Assembly (NCBI GenBank): GCA_965237525.1
Contig: CBDEFO010000008.1
Coordinates: forward strand, 416,001 to 480,000
Length of the DNA: 64,000 nucleotides
Source: Candidatus Latescibacterota bacterium
Lineage (GTDB): Bacteria; Latescibacterota; CBDEFO01
Direction of reading: 5' to 3'
Shown here: one piece after another, positions 10,222-20,732 of the stretch
Position numbering within the stretch: position 1 is the first letter of the stretch
Layout: every line of letters begins with the position of its first letter
Program-made: the position numbers and the translations under genes
The notes under the pieces: model-generated
Databases searched by the model: none
Seen by the model: the letters and a program-made list of their open reading frames with translations, nothing else
Told to the model about the DNA's origin: nothing

Positions 10222-10614
10222 ATGACAAAACTGCTGATTGTAGATGATGATAAAAGCTTGCTAAGGTCGCTATCTATAGGACTTAAAAGACGCGGCTATG
10301 AAGTGAACACAGCCTCCTGCGCTGAGGAGGCTCTTTCCAAGATCAAAGAATATGAATATCGCGCCGTTTTGACGGACATAAGAATGCCGGAGATGGACGG
10401 CATAGAACTTACTATCAGGATAAATCGGTCGAAGCCCAATACGGTTGTCATATTAATGTCAGCTTATGGAGATGAGTACGTGAACCCTGACATCCAGAAG
10501 ACCAAGGTTCTAAACTATTTAACCAAACCTTTTTCTCTTCCCGAACTGATCGAGATATTGGAAAAAATAGACGACAATTGTCATAAGGACAAATTCAGCA
10601 CTGAGGCGAACTGA
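10222..10614 (+). CDS. Single-domain response regulator (receiver only)
   Basis: LLIVDDD, TDIRMPEMDG, SAY, KPF; ATG 10222 preferred. Confidence 0.9.
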   Translation: MTKLLIVDDDKSLLRSLSIGLKRRGYEVNTASCAEEALSKIKEYEYRAVLTDIRMPEMDGIELTIRINRSKPNTVVILMSAYGDEYVNPDIQKTKVLNYLTKPFSLPELIEILEKIDDNCHKDKFSTEAN

Positions 10615-10625
10615 GCCCCTCCAAG

Positions 10626-11585
10626 ATGAAAATGTTTTCAAGATATCTAAAGATAACGATAGTGACAACCTTTTTACTCGCTTTTGCCTTACCCAGGGAA
10701 GCTATAGCCGGAGCGTGGACGCTCCCCAAGGGCAGGCTCTGGGGCAAGGCTACAACTTTTATTCAAACTACTGATGAAGAATTTCTGGCTCCAGGCAGAT
10801 TAAGATCCCTGCCGATAGATGGGAAAATAGTGAACTTCTCCCCCGGAGATAAAACTCCGTTCGCCTTCAACGGAGAAAGCCAACTTAGGGCTGTCTTCTT
10901 TGAGGTCTTCTACGGCGTCACAGACGCTTTCGATGTGGGGGCACAACTTCCCTTTTTTGATCAGAGTTTTACAGATGACGCCTTCGCAGAGGAAAGATCC
11001 GAATCGGGTTTCAGCGATCTACGGTTTATAGGGAAATATCGCTATCTATCTAAACCCGTCGTAGCCTCACTACAATTGGGCATTAAAGCTCCTACAGCAG
11101 AATTCAAGATAGACCAGACAAAAGAAGGCATAATCTCTGTGGGAGAGGGACAGTGGGATTTTGACATAACAGCCAGCTTTGGGAGATCGTTCTGGCCCTT
11201 TCCAGCCTACGTCAACGCAGAGATAGGATATAAATTGCGCACCGAAAACTCTAAGGAGGTGGAGATACTTGGCGGGAGAACAACTAGCGCCGACAGAGAC
11301 CCAGGAGATGAGCTCTTCTTTTCAGGGGAATTCGGCTACAGTCGTCTTAATAAAATCACAGTAGGCGCAAAATTGGAAGGCATACACGGCGATCCCGCAA
11401 CAATCATCGGCCAAGTAATAGAAAGCGATGTAAAACGGATAACCTATCTGTCTCCTACTCTCACACTTGGACCCTTTATGGGAGTGACTCTCGAAAGTGC
11501 AGTGCGATTCGGTCTAAAAGGCAAAAACTACCCCGCAGGGGAGCAGTTTGTCACAGGATTGTCTTATTCGTACGATCTTTTCTAA
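10626..11585 (+). CDS. Predicted outer-membrane beta-barrel (SphA/transporter-like)
   Basis: Signal peptide, AWTLPKG start, GFSDL, RDPGDE, alternating beta pattern, terminal Phe. Confidence 0.65.
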   Translation: MKMFSRYLKITIVTTFLLAFALPREAIAGAWTLPKGRLWGKATTFIQTTDEEFLAPGRLRSLPIDGKIVNFSPGDKTPFAFNGESQLRAVFFEVFYGVTDAFDVGAQLPFFDQSFTDDAFAEERSESGFSDLRFIGKYRYLSKPVVASLQLGIKAPTAEFKIDQTKEGIISVGEGQWDFDITASFGRSFWPFPAYVNAEIGYKLRTENSKEVEILGGRTTSADRDPGDELFFSGEFGYSRLNKITVGAKLEGIHGDPATIIGQVIESDVKRITYLSPTLTLGPFMGVTLESAVRFGLKGKNYPAGEQFVTGLSYSYDLF

Positions 11586-11644
11586 AATAAAGATGAAACA
11601 AAATTCCAACTTCATTGTCATCTAAGCATAAGGAGGTTACAACC

Positions 11645-12973
11645 ATGACTAAAATAAAATTTGTTTTTCCGATTCTTCTGGTCGCATTTCTTTTAGCCTC
11701 GTGCGGCGGAAGTGACACACCTACAACCTTTTCAGGAGGTCCCAATCAACCTAGCGATGACCAGACTGGTGATACAGGCGGCGGAGGTGATGATCCGCCT
11801 GGTGATGTAGGCGGTGAAGTCCCCGGCGATGACCAGACTGGTGATACAGGTGGAGGAGATGTCCCTGATATTCCCGATGAACCCATACCAGTAGATCCTA
11901 ACTTAGGTCCCCTTCCCGGCATTTCCGACTTTCTGGACGGCGGCAGCACAGGAGGAGACTTCCTCGATGTAGAGGACTTCCCGAGAAGTCAGATATTCTC
12001 AGGGGGTCCCCCCAAAGACGGAATACCTGCGCTGAACAATCCGGATTTCGTCTCCGCAACCGATGCGTTCTTCCTATCTGATTTTGATTTCGTCTTCGGC
12101 GTCTTTATTAACGGAGAAGCCAAGGCTTATCCTCACGCCGCCGGCTGGTGGCACGAGATTGTCAACGATGTGGTCGGAGGTGTACCTATATCTCAGACGC
12201 TCTGTCCCCTTACCGGCACAGGTCTCGTCTTTAGGACGGCAGATGACGACGGGAGCCAGTTCGAACTTGGCGTATCTGGCCTCCTGTTCAACAGCAACCT
12301 GATTATGTACGACCGCAGAGACAATACAACCCTCTACCCCCAGATGAGCTTTACAGGCATAGACGGAAATTTCTTCGGAGAGAGCCTGGAGTTGATGCCC
12401 GTAGTCGAGACGACCTGGGGAATGTGGAAAAAGCTCTATCCATCCACGAGCGTCTTAGACCTGAGCAGCACAGGCGTCTACGGCCTGAGCAGGTACGGCT
12501 CGTATCCCTACGGCTCCTATAGAGAGGCTGGATGGTTCCTCTTCGAACCGCGCACCTTAAGTAGCAACCCTCTAAGAAATCTCTTCTCTGTCAAGGACAG
12601 AGTTCTGGGAATCAGGAGCGGAGGCGTACCCAAAGCGTATCCCTTCGCCAGCTTAGGAGATAAAAACGTCATAAACGACACGGTCGAAGGGAAAGATCTT
12701 GTCGTGGTGTGGGATAACGATGCCAGATTAGCTATCCCCTACGAAAGGGACGTCGAGGGTCGGACATTGACTTTCCAGATCGATCTTGAAAGCAACAGTG
12801 GAAAGCTTCCCTTCAATATGACAGATCAAGAGACCGGAACTATATGGAACATAAAAGGCGTGGCTATAGACGGCGAACTTTCCGGATCCAGACTCAAACA
12901 GATTCCCGCTTACAACTCCATGTGGTTCGCCTGGATAACCTTCTGGCAGAACACGGAAATCTGGGAGAATTAA
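11645..12973 (+). CDS. DUF3179-domain lipoprotein with acidic Gly/Pro linker
   Basis: Lipobox LLASC, GGPPKDGIPAL, WHEIVND, CPLTGTG, GVSGLLFNSNLIMYDR, WFAW; 25-bp internal repeat at 11754 and 11826. Confidence 0.88.
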   Translation: MTKIKFVFPILLVAFLLASCGGSDTPTTFSGGPNQPSDDQTGDTGGGGDDPPGDVGGEVPGDDQTGDTGGGDVPDIPDEPIPVDPNLGPLPGISDFLDGGSTGGDFLDVEDFPRSQIFSGGPPKDGIPALNNPDFVSATDAFFLSDFDFVFGVFINGEAKAYPHAAGWWHEIVNDVVGGVPISQTLCPLTGTGLVFRTADDDGSQFELGVSGLLFNSNLIMYDRRDNTTLYPQMSFTGIDGNFFGESLELMPVVETTWGMWKKLYPSTSVLDLSSTGVYGLSRYGSYPYGSYREAGWFLFEPRTLSSNPLRNLFSVKDRVLGIRSGGVPKAYPFASLGDKNVINDTVEGKDLVVVWDNDARLAIPYERDVEGRTLTFQIDLESNSGKLPFNMTDQETGTIWNIKGVAIDGELSGSRLKQIPAYNSMWFAWITFWQNTEIWEN

Positions 12974-13008
12974 CCTCACCCACGCTTTAAGTCACAAATC
13001 CAATAACA

Positions 13009-13052
13009 AAAAATAAGGGGGCCTTGCAGCATCTTCGAGGCCCCTTATTTTT
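13009..13052. terminator. Rho-independent terminator, probably bidirectional
   Basis: AAAAATAAGGGGGCCT...AGGCCCCTTATTTTT. Confidence 0.8.
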
Positions 13053-13119
13053 AATTAAAACACAGCTTGATTTGCGACTCGTATTTACTTATTATTAGAC
13101 AGATAAATGATCCCAAGAG

Positions 13120-13854
13120 GTGATAGACGTGCTTACCCTGAGAAAAGCGATCTTGTCAAGGGCGTTTGGGATACTCCTTGTGTTCTTCCTCACAGCTTGT
13201 ATGAATACTATTTCGAGAGCCAGTGACCCAGGAGAAATCCCAAAGACTGTCCAAACGGATAGTCTCGTCGGCTTAAATCTGCCGATTGCGGATACAGATA
13301 AGGAGAAAGGCGTTCAACTGTATAAGTCCGTAGAAAAGCTCAAATTAAGCAAAATCAGGTTTCATCCTAACACCTGCTATCTATGCCTTATAGAAAATCA
13401 TCTGCTCCATTCTGAGAGCTTGATTATAAGCCCCAAAAGCTATAAGGAGACATCCAAGAAGTATAGTTCTGCCTCAAAGGATTACAAGATATTTAGAATT
13501 GCATCTTCCACCTCTGGGGATGGCAGAGAAGAGTCTCTCCTTTTGCCCAATTTAGATGTGGAACTTTTCAGAATCTCAACAAAAGGGAAGAGAACGAATT
13601 ACAGCATTCCGGCCTTGGGATTAGGGTTTACTGAGACTCGATACGAATTTGGGAAAATATACGATATGGGCGGACTTAACATCCGTAAAACCAATTACGG
13701 ATATTCTCTCTTGCACTCGCTCCACCACTCTGACAAAGCCTTCTATCAATATTCGTTCAACGTGAACGATCATGGAGATGTTATTGTATCTCTGGACTAC
13801 GAGTTTAACTCCTTAAGGGAAATGTTGCCGTTTCGCTTCTTGAAAGGATTTTGA
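13120..13854 (+). CDS. Hypothetical lipoprotein
   Basis: Lipobox-like FLTAC and a CYLC motif; family not recognised. Confidence 0.55.
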   Translation: MIDVLTLRKAILSRAFGILLVFFLTACMNTISRASDPGEIPKTVQTDSLVGLNLPIADTDKEKGVQLYKSVEKLKLSKIRFHPNTCYLCLIENHLLHSESLIISPKSYKETSKKYSSASKDYKIFRIASSTSGDGREESLLLPNLDVELFRISTKGKRTNYSIPALGLGFTETRYEFGKIYDMGGLNIRKTNYGYSLLHSLHHSDKAFYQYSFNVNDHGDVIVSLDYEFNSLREMLPFRFLKGF

Positions 13855-13950
13855 CAGTAGGCTCAATTGAAAGTCACCTTCATCATAAATCCAACAGCCG
13901 GAAGTCGAAAACGGCGCAATCGCGGGCTATCCTCAATAAAACAATTCCTC
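13822..13950 (+). repeat. 129-bp direct repeat, copy 1 (3' end of lipoprotein gene plus 5' end of lipid kinase gene)
   Basis: Ungapped match to 17566-17694 with 16 mismatches by manual count. Confidence 0.9.
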
Positions 13951-14096
13951 ACTGTGTGCTCAAGTTAGATAAGAAGAAGACAGCGGGGTGTTGGTGTTGA
14001 CTCCAATCGTGCTCGTCTACTTGATTCTGAGTTTTTTAAACTCGCTTTCTAAGCTGAAATGAGCTGGGACATAGCAGGAGACCGATTTACCTGTCT

Positions 14097-15045
14097 TTGC
14101 CCAACCAAAGGCGATCCGAGTCACCATACCGGAAGGGGCACAGATTGTCTAAGCACAGGGTAGATGGTCACTGGGACGTGATCTTTCTGATCGCCTGCGG
14201 TTTTGTTGCCGCATGTCTCCTGTCCGCGCAGGTCCGTACTGCACAAGCGGCGTCCTCCTGGGAAAATCGGCAGGTGAGCCAGCAGGACCTCCTGGAGGCG
14301 ATGAGGCAACACAAATGCTACGATCCGACCGCGACGACGAATGGGGCGCGGTTTCAGGCGGAGGCTCTGTTAAGCCTGGCCCGGAAGGCAAGGGCACATG
14401 ACCCGGAAGGTCTTCCCCTCTTTGTAGAGCCTGAGGACTGGTTCCAGGCATTCTTGAAGGTGACCGGTCTGACCGACCAAGAGGCACCCATATACGCCCT
14501 CCTTGCGTATCAGCACGGGCAGCGAATGGAGATCGACTACCGGACCGACCGCGTCCATCCGGAAGGTGAAAAAGGGGCCCTGGCCCGAGCTGGCCGTGAA
14601 CGTAATGATCTGGTGGCCGAAGACGAAGGGTGGTCCGACCAAATATTCCTATCAAGACACGCTGTCAACACCGCACCTGAAGGTGACGAACAAGCGGATG
14701 ATCACGTACCGGCTGCTTGATTTCGGGGATATGGTTGTCTACGATAAGATCAAAGGCCTTACAGGGAGACCCACGTCCGGTGTCCTGGGGTTCCTGTTTC
14801 GGATCATCGGGGAGGGCCGTGTAGTAGAGTCCCGGATGGCAATCTCCCAGGACGGGCTGCAGGTGACACGAGCCAAGGCGAAGAAGATGTTTATGAGGGT
14901 CACGACAATCGTGACAGTTTGCCCTGACGGACACACCGAGAAGGATGTGCCGACTAACCGACCAGATCTGATGGCACTGGAAGCACGGCTCAAGCAGCCG
15001 TTGAAGATAGACTACGCGCCGTTCAAATGGTCACGGGACAGGTAA
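14097..15045 (+). pseudogene. Hypothetical secreted protein with one frameshift
   Basis: ORFs 14097..14720 and 14503..15045 join if one C is removed in cgcgtccatccgg near 14555. Confidence 0.55.
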
Positions 15046-15215
15046 TACGCATCACAGAGAAGTTGATGGAAGCTTGGAGAAAGATCGATGAGATCCAACA
15101 GTGCGAGTGATCGTCTCGGCTCGTTTTCCCCATGGGATCCTTTTTCTACACAGAATACCTCGGACTTTGACGATCTCCTTTGATGCCGACGTAAACCACA
15201 GATGAGACGCATATC

Positions 15216-16235
15216 ATGCTGAAACCTCCGTTTCTGATCCAACTTTTATCTGTCATCATCCTCGTGTACCTGAGCGCGCGGATGGCCCTGCATCGGTTCC
15301 AGTGGACAATGGCTATTGCATGGATCTATGGTGCAGCAGTTCTGGGGGTCTACTTGTCCCTGAGCTATCTGCTTCAGGAAGGAACGTGGGTTCGCGCCTA
15401 CTTGATCCCGGCAGCGGTGGTTCTGGTGGGCGTGGGCTTCACGATGGCACTCGCCGAGAAGTTCTGGCGGCAGTATAGAGCGGTGCAAACACAACTGATC
15501 CAGGCAGAAAAGATGGCCTCTTTGGGACAACTGGTGGCTGGTGTCGCACACGAGTTGAACACGCCTCTGGGTGCCGTAAAGAGCAATCAGGATCTGCTCG
15601 TTCGTGTCATCGAGAAACTCAGAAAGCAGACCGATGAGCAAACGGTGAATCAGGAGACGGAGAAACTCTTTCACAGACTGGAAGAGTTGAACTGGGTGAA
15701 CCAGATGGCCTGCGATCGGATGAGTACAATCGTCAGTAGCCTGCGTAGCTTCGCCAGACTCGACCAAGCAGAACGTCAGGAGGTAGATCTCCACGAGTGC
15801 ATCGAGACGACTCTGACCTTGATCAACCATCGGCTCAAAGATCGTATCCAGGTGGTGCAGGATTTCGGAGAGATTCCGGCGATTGTTTGTTATCCCAGCC
15901 GGTTGAACCAGGTGTTTATGAACGTGCTGGTGAACGCCGCTCAGGCTATCGAGGAAAGAGGGGAGATCCGGATTCGAACGTACCTGGCGCAGGAATGGGT
16001 GGTAGTTCAGATCGCTGACACTGGGGTCGGCATCCCATCGAAGGATCTGAGACGGATCTTCGATCCGGGGTTCACGACGAAGAGGGTAAAGGTGGGTACC
16101 GGGCTTGGGCTATCAATTTGCTATCAGATCGTCCAGGAACACGGGGGGAAGATGGAAGTGGAGAGCCAAGTAGGGGCAGGAACAACAGTTACGATCTCGC
16201 TTCCGATTAAGGGGGAACAGGGTGAAGAGTCGTAA
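15216..16235 (+). CDS. Membrane sensor histidine kinase (NtrB-like), possibly 5'-truncated
   Basis: Three TM segments, EKMASLGQLVAGVAHELNTP, NQVFMNVLVNA, GTGLGL. Confidence 0.85.
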   Translation: MLKPPFLIQLLSVIILVYLSARMALHRFQWTMAIAWIYGAAVLGVYLSLSYLLQEGTWVRAYLIPAAVVLVGVGFTMALAEKFWRQYRAVQTQLIQAEKMASLGQLVAGVAHELNTPLGAVKSNQDLLVRVIEKLRKQTDEQTVNQETEKLFHRLEELNWVNQMACDRMSTIVSSLRSFARLDQAERQEVDLHECIETTLTLINHRLKDRIQVVQDFGEIPAIVCYPSRLNQVFMNVLVNAAQAIEERGEIRIRTYLAQEWVVVQIADTGVGIPSKDLRRIFDPGFTTKRVKVGTGLGLSICYQIVQEHGGKMEVESQVGAGTTVTISLPIKGEQGEES

Positions 16236-16274
16236 TGGGCTCCAGGAACTCTTGTGATTCATGGGAGGAAATTA

Positions 16275-16912
16275 ATGGAAGCCAATATTATTACGTTGTT
16301 TCGGATATGCCTTGTTTTGGTGGCTGTCGGTCTGTTTGAAGTCGGATCGGTCTATGGGAATGCAATAGCAACCCATCCTTGTGGTTCTTGTCCTCTATCT
16401 GGATGCCTTTGATGGCTACGTGGCACGAAAACTCAAGGTAGCGTCTGATTTCGGCGCACTCTTTGATATTGTTGGAGCGGTTCTGTGGATCTACTTTGCA
16501 GTTGTCGGACTTATCTCCTTTTGGATACCGATGGTTATTGTGACGCGGGGGATTACTCTCCGACAACGCCAGAACAGCGGCATTCAAAGAGGGCAAAACA
16601 CCCTTCGGTGAAAAGACCATGATGAAAACATCGATAACACGTTTTCTTGTCGCATCACGATTCAGCAGGGGACTTTACGGCGTAATGAAGGCGGCTCTGT
16701 TTGTCTATCTCGGTTTTCTGATATTTTTTGCTAAAGCCATATCCACGTACAGCTGGCCGATTAGTGACAACACGACCACTATTTTAGGGCTGATAAGTCA
16801 GATTATCGCCTACCTGACTCTGCTCATGTGTATTTTGAGGGGACTCCCGGTTTTATGGGATGGGAAAGAAATTCTCTTTTCAAAAATGTATCCAAAGGAT
16901 ATAACCGACTAG
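16275..16912 (+). pseudogene. CDP-alcohol phosphatidyltransferase, frameshifted
   Basis: MEANIITLFR, frameshift, DAFDGYVARK...GALFDIVG with the following DR segment missing, further frameshift. Confidence 0.8.
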
Positions 16913-16921
16913 TCGGCACCG

Positions 16922-17569
16922 ATGATACAAGCCGCGCTGTTTGATCTGGACGGTACACTCATACCGAACACAAGTGCCGAACGACTTTTACTGCGCTATC
17001 TTCTTAAAAGGAAAGAGATAGGGTTTGTCAATTTGGGAAGGGCATTGCGATCTCTTCTATTTCATATCGGCTCGTGGGAACGAATGGTATATATGAATAA
17101 ATATTATCTCGCTGGTTTAACCGATGCACACCTGAAGAAGATTATCCAACACTATTTTTCTGGAAGAATAAATATACTCATACCACAAGCCATGCGTGAT
17201 ATTATCACATCTCATCGACAAAATGATACTACGATGATTCTTCTTTCGGGAACTCTTTCCTGCATTCTGGAGGTTTTTGCAGAGACACTCTTATTTGATG
17301 ATTACCGGGGAACTGATCTGAAGGTGGAAGGCGGAATACTCACCGGGAACATCAGCGGTCTGCATCCTTATGGTCTGCAAAAAGTGACAATTCTTGACCA
17401 ATTGCAGAAAAAACACAATTTTGACCTTAAGCATTCATTCTTTTATGCCAATCACTTCTCCGACCGATTTGCCATGGAAAAGGTGGGACACCCTGTAGCG
17501 TTAAATCCCGATAAGAGGCTAAGACGATATGCAGAAGCCAAAGGGTGGGATATTTTGGACATAGGATGA
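16922..17569 (+). CDS. HAD-IB (SerB-like) phosphatase
   Basis: AALFDLDGTL, LLSG, GLQK, PVALNPD. Confidence 0.85.
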   Translation: MIQAALFDLDGTLIPNTSAERLLLRYLLKRKEIGFVNLGRALRSLLFHIGSWERMVYMNKYYLAGLTDAHLKKIIQHYFSGRINILIPQAMRDIITSHRQNDTTMILLSGTLSCILEVFAETLLFDDYRGTDLKVEGGILTGNISGLHPYGLQKVTILDQLQKKHNFDLKHSFFYANHFSDRFAMEKVGHPVALNPDKRLRRYAEAKGWDILDIG

Positions 17570-17694
17570 TGCCGCTTCATCTCTTGAAAGGATTTTGAAA
17601 GCAGACTCGATTGAAAGTCACATTCATCATAAATCCAACAGCCGGGAGCCGAAAACGGCGCAATCGCGGGCTGTCCTCGATAGAACGATTCCTC
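17566..17694 (+). repeat. 129-bp direct repeat, copy 2
   Basis: See 13822-13950. Confidence 0.9.
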
Positions 17695-18534
17695 TCAAAG
17701 TCCTTACAGCCCCACTCGGGGATCGACTGCGATTTAAAAACGATAAAGACGAAGGGAGGAGGAACCCAGTTATCCGCCGAGGCTCTATCTGACGGAAGCA
17801 ACGTCGTCGTGGCAGTCGGAGGCGACGGCACAGTCAACGAAGTCGCATCGGCACTTGTAAATACCGATATACCTTTGGGTGTGATACCCCTGGGATCTGG
17901 CAACGGCTTTTCCCGGAGCTTGAGGATTCCTCTAAATCCGAAGATTGCCTGTCAAACAATTATAGAAGGCCGAGATGAAAAAATAGACGTAGGACAGGTG
18001 GAAGGTGGAACGTCCACTCCGTGTGCAACGTGCAGATATTTCTTTGCCACAGCCGGAGTCGGACTCGACGCCCTTATCAGCTGGGAGTACAATCGTGAGT
18101 TCAACAAATGGCGCGGTATGCTCCCTTATATCTATCTGACCGTAAAAAATACCTTCTCTTTCGAACCTGAAGAGATAACGCTGAAGATGGGCAAAAAGAG
18201 TGTGTCCACCAGCCCCCTCATTGTGACTGTAGCCAATACCTGCCAATATGGCGGCGGTGCGATAATTGCTCCCGATGCCTCCCCTTTTGACGGACTCTTC
18301 GATATATGCATCCTCGGTAAGATCAGCCCCGCCGCCGCACTTCTCCACTGGCACAAACTCTTTTCAGGAGAAATAAAAAAGATGCCCCATTATCATACAC
18401 ACCAATCAGAGAAACTTACGATCATACGCAAAAAGCCGGGGCCCTTCCATATCGATGGAGAGCCCCAAGACGGCCCTGAGGAACTGAGCTTAAGGATAAT
18501 CCCTAAAGCGCTTAAAGTTAGAATTCCAGCATAG
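17611..18534 (+). CDS. YegS/DgkB-family lipid kinase
   Basis: IINPTAG, GGDGTVNEV, PLGSGNGF, YGGG, HIDGE. Confidence 0.92.
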   Translation: MKVTFIINPTAGSRKRRNRGLSSIERFLSKSLQPHSGIDCDLKTIKTKGGGTQLSAEALSDGSNVVVAVGGDGTVNEVASALVNTDIPLGVIPLGSGNGFSRSLRIPLNPKIACQTIIEGRDEKIDVGQVEGGTSTPCATCRYFFATAGVGLDALISWEYNREFNKWRGMLPYIYLTVKNTFSFEPEEITLKMGKKSVSTSPLIVTVANTCQYGGGAIIAPDASPFDGLFDICILGKISPAAALLHWHKLFSGEIKKMPHYHTHQSEKLTIIRKKPGPFHIDGEPQDGPEELSLRIIPKALKVRIPA

Positions 18535-18563
18535 CAACAGGATCTTCCAAAGGGTACTTTAGT

Positions 18564-20681
18564 ATGTTTAATATCTCATTTCTCAATAGTACATTCCTTG
18601 CAGGTCTTCTTGCCGCTTCGATCCCTATCCTCATTCACCTTTTCAACCGCCGAAGGCCCCAGACAGTCAGATTCAGCAACGTAGAATTCTTGAGGAAACT
18701 CCAAAAGGACACGTTACGAAAGTTTAAGATAAGACGCATCCTTCTACTTATCCTCCGGACCCTCATAATAGCCCTGCTTGTCTTGGCTTTCTCCCGTCCC
18801 ACGCTCAAAGAGGCAAATCCCACCTCAGCATCTTCTGTCGCTGCTGTCATTTTCCTCGATAACTCCTACAGTATGGGAAAAAGGACAGCAGGAGAGCGCG
18901 CATTGGATTTTTCAAAGACGAAAGCCCTCGAACTTGTGAATATGCTTGATAAAGAAAGCCGCATCGCCTTTTTGACGTTCTCCGACCGAATAGGCCCCAA
19001 TCACTTGGACCTTACGCAAGATATAGCCGCCCTTAAGGACGCCCTTACTGAATCACAGATAACCTACCGTTCCACAGACATAACTGCTGCTTTGAAGGAA
19101 GCCAAAAAGATCCTTAAACAATCCACTGATGTCAACAAAGAAGTCTACATCTTCACCGATCTGGCACGAAACGCATGGTCGGAGATACTATCGGGAACGG
19201 AGGCACTTTCAACAGAGTCCTTACACACTGACTTTGCAGGCATCTCCTTTTACATCGTTCCAACACCTGATCTGCACTGCGATAACGTAAGTATAGATAG
19301 AATTGAACCGGAGCAGGAGCTCCTATCCGTCGGAAAACCTATTACTATTAAGGCCCAGATTACTAACTACGGGGAAAAGCCTATCTCTGCTTTTCCGGTT
19401 CACCTCTATATAGACGGAAAACGCAGGGACCAGGCCTTGATAGACCTTGAGAGTGGAAAGTCAGGGGCTGTCTTTCTCAGATTTGTGCCTCAAAAGGGCG
19501 GCCAGATAGAGGGATATGTGCAGATAGGAGACGACGCTCTATCCAGCGACAACAGACGCTTTTTCGTTATCGCCGTTCCCCAGAAAATAGATGTCCTCCT
19601 GGTAGGAGGAGATCAGCAGGATACCTATTTTATCGGCAAAGCGTTCTCTTCCATTCAGAAGAACGGCTCGATAAGGATGTCCCAGATCACTTATGATCGC
19701 CTGTCCGATAAAACTGTACAGGAAAACGACGTAATAGTCCTCTCCAACGTCCCTCAGTTGCCCTCTTATCAACTTGGCCTTCTGCGTTCACACCTCAAAA
19801 GCGGAAAGGGGCTTTTGATCTCACTTGGTGACAAGGTAAACCCCAGATTCTACAACCAGAAACTCCTTACAGACTTATCAGACATAAGGCTCAAATCCCC
19901 CATCGGAATCGCCGGAGTTGGGGCATCCTACTACTCCCTGGGGAAAATAGACCTGGATCACCCGCTCTTTAGAAATATTACAGAAGAAAACTCCATTATT
20001 TCTCCTAAATTCTATGTACTGTACAGCACCCTTGCATCGCCCGAAGTCCGAACCGTCGCCCGCTACAAAAACGGCCTTCCGGCTATCTGCGACATAGGAG
20101 ATAAAAGAGCCAAAGTTATCCTCTACACCAGTTCGCTGGACTTAAAGTGGGCGGACTTGCCCCTGAGAGGTATATTCCTCCCTCTCTTCAGCAGAATTGT
20201 CCAGTACCTTTCGGCTCCATCGGTCGAAAAGAGCCACCATCTGGTCGGAGAAGATGTAAAAAGACAGATCCCCCACATAGATAGCCAAGCTCAGGTCATT
20301 GCCGAAAACCCTGTCGGTGAAAGATCAATAATTTGGCCTCAAAAAAAAGACGGAGTCCGCGAGCGACTCGGAAGTATATGGAAGGTCGGAAACGTGGAAT
20401 ATCCCGGGATATGGCGCATTCGCTCAGAAGGCAAAGAGCTCGAAAGATTTTCTGTAAACGTCGTCGCATCTGAATCGAACCCCAGAAGGATAGACGACGC
20501 AAAGTTGAACCGCATCTTCGAAGGACTACAGTTTAGGATCATACGTCCTGACGAGTCCATAGTGGACGCTGTTGTGCAATTTAGATACGGTAGGGAACTT
20601 TGGAGAAAGTTTCTTATCGCCGCCCTGCTCTTTATGGTCATGGAAATTGCACTGTCAAGAGTCACGAGCAGGGATCTATAG
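18564..20681 (+). CDS. BatA N-terminal plus VWA domain membrane protein
   Basis: IPILIHL...LAFSRP BatA motif, DNSYSM MIDAS, FTD, DNRR, ES and C-terminal ELW TM. Confidence 0.85.
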   Translation: MFNISFLNSTFLAGLLAASIPILIHLFNRRRPQTVRFSNVEFLRKLQKDTLRKFKIRRILLLILRTLIIALLVLAFSRPTLKEANPTSASSVAAVIFLDNSYSMGKRTAGERALDFSKTKALELVNMLDKESRIAFLTFSDRIGPNHLDLTQDIAALKDALTESQITYRSTDITAALKEAKKILKQSTDVNKEVYIFTDLARNAWSEILSGTEALSTESLHTDFAGISFYIVPTPDLHCDNVSIDRIEPEQELLSVGKPITIKAQITNYGEKPISAFPVHLYIDGKRRDQALIDLESGKSGAVFLRFVPQKGGQIEGYVQIGDDALSSDNRRFFVIAVPQKIDVLLVGGDQQDTYFIGKAFSSIQKNGSIRMSQITYDRLSDKTVQENDVIVLSNVPQLPSYQLGLLRSHLKSGKGLLISLGDKVNPRFYNQKLLTDLSDIRLKSPIGIAGVGASYYSLGKIDLDHPLFRNITEENSIISPKFYVLYSTLASPEVRTVARYKNGLPAICDIGDKRAKVILYTSSLDLKWADLPLRGIFLPLFSRIVQYLSAPSVEKSHHLVGEDVKRQIPHIDSQAQVIAENPVGERSIIWPQKKDGVRERLGSIWKVGNVEYPGIWRIRSEGKELERFSVNVVASESNPRRIDDAKLNRIFEGLQFRIIRPDESIVDAVVQFRYGRELWRKFLIAALLFMVMEIALSRVTSRDL

Positions 20682-20732
20682 ACAAGTAGGCAGGGCGGCG
20701 GTGGCGATGTCTGCTGTTATATGACTTTACGT

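Noticed and set aside
11645..12973. Selenoprotein form of DUF3179
   Set aside because: The motif is encoded as Cys (CPLT) and there is no in-frame TGA
13822..17694. DGR or integrase att sites for the 129-bp repeat
   Set aside because: Several mismatches are A/G but many are not; no RT or integrase, and the repeats are diverged
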